Shown in pieces: positions 1 through 9,516 of a stretch of 64,000 bases of DNA (position 1 is the stretch's first letter; each line of letters starts with the position of its first letter). The DNA is from Clostridia bacterium (GTDB lineage: Bacteria > Bacillota > Clostridia > Oscillospirales > CAG-272), in NCBI GenBank assembly GCA_017621755.1, contig JAGASL010000061.1, positions 9,705-73,704 of the forward strand. The letters are read 5' to 3'. The position numbers and the translations under genes are program-made. The notes beneath the pieces were generated by a model, which did no database searches, was not told where the DNA came from, and saw only the letters and a program-made list of their open reading frames with translations.

Positions 1-85
1 CGTGCAATAATACGGCAACATTCTTGAATGAAAAACGGATACCGCTGTGCTACAATAGCACCAAACGACATACAAGGGAGGACGT

Positions 86-2908
86 ATGAAGGAACAGATC
101 ATCAACCAGGGCTGGTATTTCCATATCGAGGAGGAGGAATACCGCAAAACCGGCGACCCCACCAAGCGGGAGGAATTTTCCAACTATGGCTTTTTGAAGC
201 CCGGCGGTGCGAGCGGCTTTGCCGCGCGACAGTATGAGAACCCCGCCTGGCGAACGGTAGATCTGCCCCATGACTATGCGCTGGAGCTGGATTTTGAAAA
301 AAAGAGCCGCGTGCTCAACGGATTAAAACCAACCAGCGAATCCATGATTTTAGATAGCGAAAGCATACTTGGCCGCACGGAAGCGCCTTTCTTTCCTATC
401 GCGTGGTACCGCAAGCACTTTTTCATGACCGAGGAAGGCGAATGGCAAGAGGAGCCCCGTGCCGTATATGGCAACACGGATAAGCCCGCACCGCAAGGGC
501 GGCGCTATTTCCTTCGCTTTGAGGGTGTATTCCGTGACTTTACCGTCTGGGTAAACGGTGTGTACGTTGACCGTGTGACCAGCGGCTATCAGGGCATAAC
601 CCTGGATATCACCGACCAGCTGATCTTTGGCGAGACCAACAGCATTGCCGTGCGTGTAGACTGCACACATTGCGAGGGCTGGTGGTATGAAGGTGCCGGT
701 ATCTATCGCGATGTGAAACTACTGACCACGGGCGACATCTACTGCATGCCGGAAGATCTCTATATCCACACGACACCCAACGGGCAAATCAACGTTACAG
801 CCGAGATCACCAGCTATGCCACGCCGGCAGAGGCAAGCGTGCTGATCACCGTTGAAAAGAATGGTGCCACCGTCTGTACAGCCACGCTTTCCCCCACGCT
901 GACAGATGAGAAAACGACCCTAACCACCGGCCTGGCAGTCGCCTCGCCCGCGCTGTGGGATATTGATGACCCCCAGCTGTACACGCTGATACTTTCGATC
1001 AATAGCGAGCGTGAACTGGAAATTCCCTTTGGCTTTAAGGACGCCCGCTTTGACCCGAACGAGGGCTTTTTGCTCAACGGTCGCTCCCGCAAGCTGAACG
1101 GCGTTTGCCTACACCAGGATTTTGCCGGCGTAGGCGTTGCCATGCCCTACGAGGTCACCTATTACAAATTCAAGGTGATGAAGGAGATGGGGGTGAATGC
1201 CGTTCGGTTCTCACACAACCCGCCCTCACCGGATGCGCTGACCATTTGTGACCGCCTGGGCATGCTGGCGATGGATGAAACACGCATGTTTGGCAGCACG
1301 GCTGAGGCGCTGCGGCAGCTGGAAGCACTTGTCAAGCGAGATCGTAACCACGCTTCGCTGCTTATGTGGTCGATCGGTAACGAAGAATCCTCTTTGCAGA
1401 ATAACGAATGGGGCGCCCGCATGGCGCGCACCGCACGCAGGCGGATCAGACAGCTGACGGTCGATCCAATCGTCACCTACGGCGGCAATAACGGAATCGA
1501 CTATCACGGCATCAATGCCGAGATGGACGTGCGCGGCGTGAACTACATTCGCATCAACAGTAAATACGTTCACCCGGATGATTACCATACGGCACACCCC
1601 CACCAGCCCATGTACAGCAGCGAGGAAATGTCCTCAATCTCTACACGCGGCGCTTATAAGAACGATACCGTGCATGGCTACGTTGATGCTTACGGCAACA
1701 ATACCATGCCCTGGGCCTCTACGCCGATGGGCTACGTCAAATTCTGCATGAGCCGCCCCTATTACAGCGGCTGCTTCGCGTGGACGGGCTTTGACTACCG
1801 CGGCGAGACCACCCCCTATTTCGGCAATCAACATAGTGAAGCGGAGCCGCGCAACACGGTCAGCAATTTTGGCATTGTAGACCTTTGCGGCTTCCCCAAG
1901 GACGTTTACTACTACTATCGCGCGCATTGGCGGAGCGAGCCGCTTTTGCACCTACTGCCGCATTGGGATGGCTTTGCACCGGGTGAGATGGTTCGCGTGG
2001 TGGCCTTTACCAACTGCGAGGAGGTTACCCTTTACCTCAACGACCGTGAGATATCCACCCAGCAGAACATGCCATACGGAAGCCCTGAATGGCAGGTTCC
2101 GTACGAGCCGGGTGAGCTAAAGGCAGTTGGCCGGCATGGGGATAAGGTGCTAACGGTATACAAGCGAACCAACACCACCGCTGCCCTGCGCATCACGTGT
2201 GAAACGATTGGGGACTATACCATGGCGGCAATAGACGCGGTAGACGAATATGGCGATCCTTGCGCCACTGACAACAGCACCGTAAGCCTGGCATGCGAGG
2301 GGGCAAGCATCCTGGGTGTAGGAAACGGCGACCCAACCTCCTATCTGCGTGAACGGTATTACGAGGAGAAAGAAACGCTTGCCCTACCGCCGTTTGCAAG
2401 CAACGTTGTTATGCCCAAGCGACAGCCCTGCTATATTGAGCCTACGGGAAAGGAGGAAAAGCACCCCCGCTTTGAGGATGATTTCCGCCTGCTGTGGCCA
2501 CACCCCACCGTACAGGTGGAGGAGCATAAGTTTTCCGTTCGTTTCCAGGCTGACGAAAGCTATGAATACGTGGAATTCCCCGGCATTTTGGGCGAGGCAC
2601 GCATCATGCTGAACGGTATGGAGATTGGCCACACGACGGCGACCGCCACGCCGAGCTTTACCCCGGTTTGCAAGCGGGCTTATCGCTTTGCAACCTCCTT
2701 CCTGCCCGGAGAGAACGAGCTGACCGTCATTGTCAAGGGCAGAACGGACATCCACGTTATCGTAGAAAACGCGTACATCGGTAAGTCGCGCAAGCCAAAG
2801 GTACAGCACAAGCTGTTTAACGGCCGCATGCTGGCAGTCCTGCACGGCAAGCAGGGCCACTTGACCGCCAAGGCCGAAAACGGTCTCTCAGCCGAGATCG
2901 ACATATAA
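86..2908 (+). CDS. Glycoside hydrolase family 2 (beta-galactosidase/beta-glucuronidase-like)
   Basis: 940-aa ORF with a GGGAGG RBS about 6 nt upstream of the ATG. GH2-type motifs WWYEGAGIYRDVKL, NAVRFSHNPPSP and MWSIGNEE. Confidence 0.85.
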   Translation: MKEQIINQGWYFHIEEEEYRKTGDPTKREEFSNYGFLKPGGASGFAARQYENPAWRTVDLPHDYALELDFEKKSRVLNGLKPTSESMILDSESILGRTEAPFFPIAWYRKHFFMTEEGEWQEEPRAVYGNTDKPAPQGRRYFLRFEGVFRDFTVWVNGVYVDRVTSGYQGITLDITDQLIFGETNSIAVRVDCTHCEGWWYEGAGIYRDVKLLTTGDIYCMPEDLYIHTTPNGQINVTAEITSYATPAEASVLITVEKNGATVCTATLSPTLTDEKTTLTTGLAVASPALWDIDDPQLYTLILSINSERELEIPFGFKDARFDPNEGFLLNGRSRKLNGVCLHQDFAGVGVAMPYEVTYYKFKVMKEMGVNAVRFSHNPPSPDALTICDRLGMLAMDETRMFGSTAEALRQLEALVKRDRNHASLLMWSIGNEESSLQNNEWGARMARTARRRIRQLTVDPIVTYGGNNGIDYHGINAEMDVRGVNYIRINSKYVHPDDYHTAHPHQPMYSSEEMSSISTRGAYKNDTVHGYVDAYGNNTMPWASTPMGYVKFCMSRPYYSGCFAWTGFDYRGETTPYFGNQHSEAEPRNTVSNFGIVDLCGFPKDVYYYYRAHWRSEPLLHLLPHWDGFAPGEMVRVVAFTNCEEVTLYLNDREISTQQNMPYGSPEWQVPYEPGELKAVGRHGDKVLTVYKRTNTTAALRITCETIGDYTMAAIDAVDEYGDPCATDNSTVSLACEGASILGVGNGDPTSYLRERYYEEKETLALPPFASNVVMPKRQPCYIEPTGKEEKHPRFEDDFRLLWPHPTVQVEEHKFSVRFQADESYEYVEFPGILGEARIMLNGMEIGHTTATATPSFTPVCKRAYRFATSFLPGENELTVIVKGRTDIHVIVENAYIGKSRKPKVQHKLFNGRMLAVLHGKQGHLTAKAENGLSAEIDI

Positions 2909-2948
2909 AAAGCAAGGTGCATCTGTTAAGAGATGCACCTTGCTTTTG
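2907..2948. terminator. Bidirectional rho-independent terminator between convergent genes
   Basis: AAAA + stem AGCAAGGTGCATCT / AGATGCACCTTGCT (loop GTTAAG) + TTTT, lying between the stops at 2908 and 2950. Confidence 0.75.
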
Positions 2949-2949
2949 T

Positions 2950-3969
2950 TTACTTTGGATAACGGATCTTCACCGGCTGACCAAGCCTTGCCGCCTCTAC
3001 CGTGGCACAGGCAACGGCGACTGTAGCAGCGCCCTCCATCGACGAAACGGGCATATCGCCGCCCGAAAGCAGGGCGTTGACAAACAGATCAATTTCAGCC
3101 ACCACGTTGTGATTGTTCACGTCTACCGGCAGCTCGACCGGGGTGGTGTAATTCTTTCCATTTTCCGGATCATGCTCAAATAGCGTGATGGTAGGTGAGG
3201 TGTTATCGCAGATAATGGTGCCACGCGTGCCGTAAAAGACCGAGCGCATGGTGTAATTCCGCCGGCAACCGATAGAAACGAACACCTTGCCCGAAACCCC
3301 GTTCGGGAAGCGATAAATGGCCACCGTGGAATCATCCACCGGCCAATCGAGCAGGCTCTTATGGTTGGCGTAGGCAAAGACCTCCTCGGGGTCGCCTGCG
3401 ATCCAGCGAAGCAGATCAATGGAGTGACACCCACCGCCTATCACCGCATGCCGATCGGGATCTACACGCCAATCGCCGTAGCCACGGGCGTGCTCATAAT
3501 GGTGCGCATACTCACTCTCAACAAAGAACAGCTCGCCGATACGGCCGCTATCTACCAGCTCCTTAGCCAGCAGAAAGGCCGGTGTACAGCGGCAGACCTG
3601 GCCAATCATCAAACGACGGCCGCTTTCGCGCTCGGCACGCATCATCTCTTCACATTCCCCAAGCATCAGCGCCATCGGCTTTTCGCACAGCACGTCCTTG
3701 CCGGCACGCAGAAAAGCAACGGTCATTTCGGTATGTAGCTTGTCCGGGGTCACCAGCACCACGGCATCCAGCGCCGGGTCATCGACCAGCTCGCGCCAGT
3801 TGGTGGTGGCAACGGGAACAGAAAACTCCTCGCGGCAGGCGGAGGCGCGCCCCTCATCCGTATCGCACACGGCATACAGGCAGGCATCCTTCTTGGCCAG
3901 CACCCCGCGCATATGCTGCTTGCCCATATCGCTGCAGCCGATCACGGCAATATTCAATTTGTTTTTCAT
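2950..3969 (-). CDS. Gfo/Idh/MocA family NAD(P)-dependent oxidoreductase
   Basis: 339-aa ORF. N-terminal Rossmann motif IAVIGCSDMGKQH and the family-typical CEKPMAL motif. Confidence 0.85.
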   Translation of the reverse strand: MKNKLNIAVIGCSDMGKQHMRGVLAKKDACLYAVCDTDEGRASACREEFSVPVATTNWRELVDDPALDAVVLVTPDKLHTEMTVAFLRAGKDVLCEKPMALMLGECEEMMRAERESGRRLMIGQVCRCTPAFLLAKELVDSGRIGELFFVESEYAHHYEHARGYGDWRVDPDRHAVIGGGCHSIDLLRWIAGDPEEVFAYANHKSLLDWPVDDSTVAIYRFPNGVSGKVFVSIGCRRNYTMRSVFYGTRGTIICDNTSPTITLFEHDPENGKNYTTPVELPVDVNNHNVVAEIDLFVNALLSGGDMPVSSMEGAATVAVACATVEAARLGQPVKIRYPK

Positions 3970-4075
3970 AGGCTATTGCACTCCTTTTTCTTTTGTGCTA
4001 TTATTATAGCAAACGAATATGCTGTTCACAAGAAGCATTTGTTTGTTTATTTCCTCAATTTGTTGGGAGGCAGGT

Positions 4076-4867
4076 ATGATCTACGAGCGTTTTATCAGCG
4101 AACGGCAGCAGGAGCCTGCACTATATTACTGCGACCGTGACGATCGCATCCCTGCCGGCGTATGCTACGGCCCGGTGATACGCGATATTTATATCGTGGA
4201 GTGCTGTACCGAAGGTGGCGGCACGGTGGTGATCAACGGCCGGGTATTCCCGGTGGCGGCAGGAGATTGCTTTTTCCTCTTTCCCGGCGACACCGTGACC
4301 CACACCACCAAAGAAACGCGCAGCGGCGTCTGGTGCGCCTTAGATGGCCAGCCCATCGCCAAGGTGCTGGCCGAGGCGCAGATCTCGGCAGAGGCACCCT
4401 ATGCGCCGCGCGAGGCGTTTGGCGGCATTCTGCGCGCGATAGAGCGTATGCTGGCCATGCGCGAGGAAAGTGATCCGGGTGTTGCCTTGCGGCGCACGGC
4501 CTGTATTTACGAGACCCTTGGCTGCCTGTTACGCACGGGAGGCCGGCAAAGAAGCCATGCTGCCGTGCAAAACGCCATCGGCCTACTGGAAACGCAGTAC
4601 CACACCCCCTTGACCGTGGCCGGCATAGCTGCCCGCGTGGGGCTGGAGCGCGCCTACTTCTCTACCCTTTTTAAGGCAGAAACAGGCTGCACACCGCACG
4701 CCTATCTCACCGCCCTGCGCATTCGCAAGGCCTGCACCCTGCTGGCGGAAACCGATGCCCCCATTGCCGCCGTAGCTGAATCAGTAGGGTTAGATGACCA
4801 AAACTTTGCCCGCCTCTTCAAAAAAGAGACGGGCAAGACCCCCGGGGAATACAAAAGAACGCTGTGA
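4076..4867 (+). CDS. AraC family transcriptional regulator (cupin-like N-domain + AraC HTH)
   Basis: Start moved to the ATG at 4076, preceded by a GGGAGG RBS. The C-terminus has the paired-HTH AraC pattern (LTVAGIAARVGLERAYFSTLFK ... AESVGLDDQNFARLFKKETGKTPGEY). Confidence 0.85.
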   Translation: MIYERFISERQQEPALYYCDRDDRIPAGVCYGPVIRDIYIVECCTEGGGTVVINGRVFPVAAGDCFFLFPGDTVTHTTKETRSGVWCALDGQPIAKVLAEAQISAEAPYAPREAFGGILRAIERMLAMREESDPGVALRRTACIYETLGCLLRTGGRQRSHAAVQNAIGLLETQYHTPLTVAGIAARVGLERAYFSTLFKAETGCTPHAYLTALRIRKACTLLAETDAPIAAVAESVGLDDQNFARLFKKETGKTPGEYKRTL

Positions 4868-4880
4868 AAGCACAGCGTTC
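4857..4880. terminator. Hairpin at the convergent AraC/PadR gene ends
   Basis: GAACGCTGTG-aaag-CACAGCGTTC, overlapping the AraC stop codon. The T-tract is weak. Confidence 0.45.
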
Positions 4881-4894
4881 CTTGCTATCTTCAT

Positions 4895-5254
4895 TTATTT
4901 CTGCTTCTTCTGCCAGTTCATAAGCTCCTTCACACCACGGAAGACGCGCTCCATCTCCTTTTTGCCGTAGGCCAAGTATTCTTCACCAGCCGGCTCGATG
5001 TGATAATAATTGCGGATGCGCTTTTCGCCTACCTGCTCCTTGTGCGCCGAGATCAGCCCACGGTTGTACATACGGTACAACGGGCCGTAGAGAGAGCCCT
5101 CTTTCATAATAAAGGTATCGCTTGTGCGCAGCTTCAGCTCCTGCTTAATGCGGTAGCCATACATGTCCTCTTCTGCCAATAGCTGCAGAATCAGCAGCTC
5201 TACCAGGCCGCTTCTGACATTTTCGTCAATATCCGTTTTCCAACCCATACCCAT
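4895..5254 (-). CDS. PadR family transcriptional regulator
   Basis: 119-aa ORF with the PadR winged-helix pattern (LELLILQLLAEEDMYGYRIKQEL ... EGSLYGPLYRMYNRGLI). Confidence 0.85.
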   Translation of the reverse strand: MGMGWKTDIDENVRSGLVELLILQLLAEEDMYGYRIKQELKLRTSDTFIMKEGSLYGPLYRMYNRGLISAHKEQVGEKRIRNYYHIEPAGEEYLAYGKKEMERVFRGVKELMNWQKKQK

Positions 5255-5400
5255 ACACCCCTTGTCATATTTTGTCTTTAATTATTATATCTGTTATTCT
5301 GTGACCTGTCAAGCATTTTTGTGTATTTTACATAAAAATTTTTAATTTTTTCATAATTTTTTGATAAAGTCAACATCTTTGGAGAAAAATGGTACTTTTC

Positions 5401-5429
5401 TTGACAAGAAAAAGCGGGTGTGCTACAAT
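5401..5429 (+). promoter_or_regulatory. Sigma-A type promoter for the rhamnosidase-like gene
   Basis: TTGACA (5401-5406), 17-nt spacer, TACAAT (5424-5429), with TG at the extended -10 position. Confidence 0.6.
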
Positions 5430-5462
5430 AATATCATCATTCCCCCCAAAAGGAGTATTGGT

Positions 5463-7469
5463 ATGCCTTATGCCTTTACCGGCCACATGATCACAGACGC
5501 GGCATTTGCTGAAAAAAAGCCGCGCAACGTCTTTCATCGGCAGTTAGAAAAGTTAGATCTGCCGCCCGATGAGCGGCAGGACAGCCACATCCTCTTTCGC
5601 CGTCACTTCTCTCTGCAGGAGACACCCAAGAAGGCGATGCTGTACATCACGGCAGACGATTATTATAAGCTATACCTTGATGGTCGCTTTGTAGCACAGG
5701 GGCCGACCATGGCCAACCACAATCGCTACGGCTACAACGAGATCGACGTGACCGGCTATCTTTCAGCCGGCGAAAATCTGCTGGCCGTGCACACCTATTA
5801 TCAAGGGCTGATCAACCGCGTGTGGCAGAGCGGCGACGGGCGGCACGGTCTGCTTTGCGACCTGGTGGTGGATGGCGAGGTCATTCTCTCGTCTGACGAG
5901 AGCTTTCTTACCCACCGCCACACCGGCTACACCGCTATCGGCAAGCTGGGCTACGACACGCAGTTCTCTGAGCGGTATGATAGCCGCGCGGCAGAGGTAG
6001 GCTTCTCTGCCCCCGGCTTTGACGATAGCGGCTGGTGCCACGCCTCCCGCTTCCTGCATGCCGACTATACCCTGCTACCGCAGCAATCAGCCATGCTGGT
6101 ATTTGACGAAATTCAGCCAGTCACAAAGGAAACGCGTGGCAAAACGCTATTTGTCGATTTTGGTGCGACCTACGTGGGCTATCTGCGCGTGCGCGCGCAC
6201 GGCAAGGCGGGCACCTGCCTGCGCCTGCGCTACGGACAAGAGCTGCTGGAGGATGGCAGCGTGCGGCATGAAATGCGCTGCAACTGCGTGTACCAGGATG
6301 AATGGATCCTATCAGGCGGCGAGGACGAATTACATATCTTTGACTACAAATCCTTCCGCTATGCCGAGATCATTGGTGAATGTGAGCTCCTTTCCCTCTC
6401 GCTGGCCGCGCGGCACTACCCGTTTTCGCTGCAGGCGGCGGTGCGGCCGGAATATGCCGAGGACCCGGATATCCGGCGCATTTGGGAGCTTTGCGTGCAT
6501 TCCCAGCATTACGGCGTGCAGGAGGTCATTCAGGACTGCATGGATCGTGAAAAGGGCTTTTACCTGGGCGATGGCTGCTACACCGCGCTGACGCATATGA
6601 TCCTTTGCGGCGATGACAGCATGGTACACAAAATGATCGACGATGCCTTCCATTCCACCTTTATCACCGACGGGCTGGTCACCTGCATGGGCTGCTCGTT
6701 TATGCAGGAAATCGCCGAATATCCGCTGATGCTGATCAGCCTGATCCTGTGGCACTACCGGCTAAAGGGCGACCAGGACTATTTGAAGGAAAATTACAAA
6801 AAGATCGTTGCCCTGCTGGAGACCTACCGCCGGGATTACGAAAAGGACTGTCTGCTCTGCGACTTAGACAAGTGGTGCGTGGTTGAATGGCCGGCCAATT
6901 TTCGCGATGGCTACGCCGTGGATATCAAAGAAGGGCAGGTCTGCCACGAGGCACACGTGGCGCTCAACGCCTATTACATAGAGGCCATTCATACGGCAAA
7001 CGAGATTGCCGACATTCTTGGTGAGAATCCCTATCGCGATGAGGCGCCGCTACGCGAGCGCTTTGTTGCCGCCTTTTATGACGAGGAGCAGCACCTCTTC
7101 TGTGACGGGGTAGAGCACCGGCATATCAGCTATATTGGCAACGTGTATCCCTTTGCCTTCCGCCTGTGCCCGGATGAGACAAGCAAGGAAAGCATTTTGC
7201 GCATGATCCGTGAGCGTGGGATGGCCGAGGTCTCTCTGTTTGGCTCCTTTGCCCTGCTGCAGGGGCTGGTACGCGCCGGGCGCAGCGATATGATCAAGGG
7301 GCTCCTCTTAGACGAGGGGGCCTGGCTACGCATGCTACGCGAGGGGGCTACCACCACCTACGAGGGCTGGGGCCGGGATACCAAGTGGAACACCTCGCTT
7401 TTCCACCTTACCCTGTCAGATGCCGCTGTGTTTATCGCGGACGTGGATCTTGAAAAATTGTTTGCATAA
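5463..7469 (+). CDS. Alpha-L-rhamnosidase-like glycoside hydrolase (GH78-like, six-hairpin)
   Basis: Start placed at the ATG at 5463 after an AAAGGAG RBS. The N-terminal pattern MLYITADDYYKLYLDGRFVAQGP resembles the bacterial rhamnosidase N-domain. The C-terminal WLRMLREGATTTYEGW resembles the six-hairpin catalytic domain. Confidence 0.7.
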   Translation: MPYAFTGHMITDAAFAEKKPRNVFHRQLEKLDLPPDERQDSHILFRRHFSLQETPKKAMLYITADDYYKLYLDGRFVAQGPTMANHNRYGYNEIDVTGYLSAGENLLAVHTYYQGLINRVWQSGDGRHGLLCDLVVDGEVILSSDESFLTHRHTGYTAIGKLGYDTQFSERYDSRAAEVGFSAPGFDDSGWCHASRFLHADYTLLPQQSAMLVFDEIQPVTKETRGKTLFVDFGATYVGYLRVRAHGKAGTCLRLRYGQELLEDGSVRHEMRCNCVYQDEWILSGGEDELHIFDYKSFRYAEIIGECELLSLSLAARHYPFSLQAAVRPEYAEDPDIRRIWELCVHSQHYGVQEVIQDCMDREKGFYLGDGCYTALTHMILCGDDSMVHKMIDDAFHSTFITDGLVTCMGCSFMQEIAEYPLMLISLILWHYRLKGDQDYLKENYKKIVALLETYRRDYEKDCLLCDLDKWCVVEWPANFRDGYAVDIKEGQVCHEAHVALNAYYIEAIHTANEIADILGENPYRDEAPLRERFVAAFYDEEQHLFCDGVEHRHISYIGNVYPFAFRLCPDETSKESILRMIRERGMAEVSLFGSFALLQGLVRAGRSDMIKGLLLDEGAWLRMLREGATTTYEGWGRDTKWNTSLFHLTLSDAAVFIADVDLEKLFA

Positions 7470-7499
7470 AAATCAAAACGCGAAAAGAGGTATATATTT

Positions 7500-9107
7500 A
7501 TGAAAGCCTATATCATACAACCCTATTATTCCTTTGAGGAAAAGGATCTCGACACCTGCTATCAGGGTATGATCGACCTGCTGAACACCGTGAAGGAGGA
7601 TGCCGACATCATCATCCTACCCGAATACGCAGACGTGCCCGCCGCATGCGAAAGCAAGGTGGCCTTTCACAACTCGATCGCCCGCTATAATGCGACGATC
7701 AAGGAGCAGGCCGCAGCCGCCGCGAGACGTTGCCATGCGATCGTGTTCTTCAACGCCGCAGACGAAACGCCCACGGGCTGGCGGAACACCACCTACGCCT
7801 TGGACCGCGAGGGCAACGTGGTATACAAATATTACAAGGCGCACCCAGCACCCAGCGAGGTCAAAACCGAGCGCCAGGGCGGCAACGAGCTGGACGTAAG
7901 CTACAGCTATGAATTCCGCACCCCGGACGTGGTAGAGATCGAGGGCATTCGCTTTGGCTTTATGACCTGCTACGATTTCTATTTTTACGAGAGCTTTGCG
8001 CCGCTGGCACGGCAAAACGTAGACGTGATCATCGGCTGTTCGCACCAGCGCACCGACACGCACGAGGCGCTTTCGATCATCAACCGGTTCCTGTGCTACA
8101 ATACCAACGCCTACCTGCTGCGCGCCTCGGTCTCCTTAGGTGAGGATTCTACCATTTGCGGCTGCAGCGCGGCGATCGCGCCGGACGGCACTGTGCTGGC
8201 GGATATGAAGAGCCGGATCGGCGTTGCCTGTGTAGATATCGACCCCCACGCCAAGTACTACAAGGCCGCCGGCTTTCGCGGTGCGCCCAAGGCGCATTAT
8301 GAATATATTGAAGAGGGCCGGCGCCCCTGGCTCTACCGTAACGGCGGCGCCAGCGTTGTACCCTTTGACCAATACATGCCCTACCCCCGCATTTGCGCGC
8401 ACCGCGGCTACAACACCGTAGCGCCGGAAAACACCATGCCCGCCTTTGGCGCGGCGGTAGCAATGGGAGCCGAGGAGATCGAATTTGACCTGTGGGCCAC
8501 CAAGGACGGCCAGCTGGTCACCGCACACGACCCGAATCTGGAGCGTGTCTCCAACGGTACGGGCAACATCTGGGACTATACTCTTGCCGAGCTGAAGCGC
8601 CTGGACTTTGGCAGCCATTTCAGCGAAAAATACAAGGACCTGCGGCTACCGACCTTTGAGGAGATCCTGCAAAAGCTGGCCGGGCGGGTGATCATGAACA
8701 TCCACGTCAAGATCTGGGATATGGGCTCCGCCGAGATGTTTGAGGAGATCGCCTCTCTGATCGAGAAGTACGATTGCGAGCGGCACGTCTATTTTATGAC
8801 GGTCAATACCGACATGCTGCTTGCCATGCGCAAAAGGCTGCCCCACGCCGGCTACTGCCAGGGGGCGGAGCCAAACAATGCGGTGATGATCGAAAAGGCG
8901 ATCGCGCACGGGCTGGACAAGGTGCAGGTCGTCAGCTGGCACCCCTATGACAAGGAAATGGTCGAGCGGTGCCACGCGCACGGCATTATTTGCAATTTCT
9001 GCCAGGCAGACACGCCGGCAGATGCGCGCCGCATCCGCGACATGGGCTTTGATTGCATCCTGACCAACGATTTTCACGCTATCAAATCCGCCTTAGAGAG
9101 CGAATAA
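7500..9107 (+). CDS. Fusion protein: carbon-nitrogen hydrolase (nitrilase superfamily) domain + glycerophosphodiester phosphodiesterase (GDPD) domain
   Basis: The N-terminal half has candidate Glu-Lys-Cys triad contexts (IIILPEYADVP, YYKAHP, FGFMTCYDFYF). The C-terminal half has GDPD motifs (ICAHRGYNTVAPENTMPAF, EFDLWATKDGQLVTAHD). It is one uninterrupted 535-aa frame. Confidence 0.8.
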   Translation: MKAYIIQPYYSFEEKDLDTCYQGMIDLLNTVKEDADIIILPEYADVPAACESKVAFHNSIARYNATIKEQAAAAARRCHAIVFFNAADETPTGWRNTTYALDREGNVVYKYYKAHPAPSEVKTERQGGNELDVSYSYEFRTPDVVEIEGIRFGFMTCYDFYFYESFAPLARQNVDVIIGCSHQRTDTHEALSIINRFLCYNTNAYLLRASVSLGEDSTICGCSAAIAPDGTVLADMKSRIGVACVDIDPHAKYYKAAGFRGAPKAHYEYIEEGRRPWLYRNGGASVVPFDQYMPYPRICAHRGYNTVAPENTMPAFGAAVAMGAEEIEFDLWATKDGQLVTAHDPNLERVSNGTGNIWDYTLAELKRLDFGSHFSEKYKDLRLPTFEEILQKLAGRVIMNIHVKIWDMGSAEMFEEIASLIEKYDCERHVYFMTVNTDMLLAMRKRLPHAGYCQGAEPNNAVMIEKAIAHGLDKVQVVSWHPYDKEMVERCHAHGIICNFCQADTPADARRIRDMGFDCILTNDFHAIKSALESE

Positions 9108-9110
9108 CAA

Positions 9111-9510
9111 TAAAAAGGGGCGAGCAGATTGGGTGATGTCCTTAGCGGAGAATTTTCGCTTTGATAAAAATGCAAGCATCGCATTTGACTAGTCAAACGT
9201 AAATGGGCTGAGCCCAAACCCATATAACAAGCAGAAAGAGAGAACAAATCGGTTCGTAGCCGAAATGTCCTCTCTTTTTCTGTTAGTTAAATGAAATCGT
9301 GGCTATGCCACGATGAAATCTTCGCTTTGCTCAGATGAAATCCAAGGCGTTGCCTTGGATGAAATCAAATCCGTCTGTTATAACCCTGCGAAGCAGGATT
9401 TCATCGCGAAAGCGATTTCATCCACCAACGGTGGATTTCACCCGTCGAAGACGGATTTGACTGCGTGATACTCCGTTAAGAGTATCACGCAATCTGCTCG
9501 CCCCTTTTTA
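9111..9510. repeat. Non-coding, hairpin-rich element bounded by 21-nt perfect inverted arms (split bidirectional terminator), containing a 4+4 array of GATGAAATC / GATTTCAYC
   Basis: Arm 9111-9131 (TAAAAAGGGGCGAGCAGATTG) is perfectly complementary to 9490-9510. The interior has no credible ORF. It holds at least 10 local hairpins and 8 copies of a 9-mer in two oppositely oriented blocks. Confidence 0.6.
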
Positions 9511-9516
9511 ATTTCC

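Noticed and set aside
9290-9461. The regularly spaced repeats could be a CRISPR array.
   Set aside because: The repeat unit is only 8-9 nt with 8-16 nt spacers. Half the copies are inverted, and there are no cas genes or leader. It does not fit CRISPR architecture.
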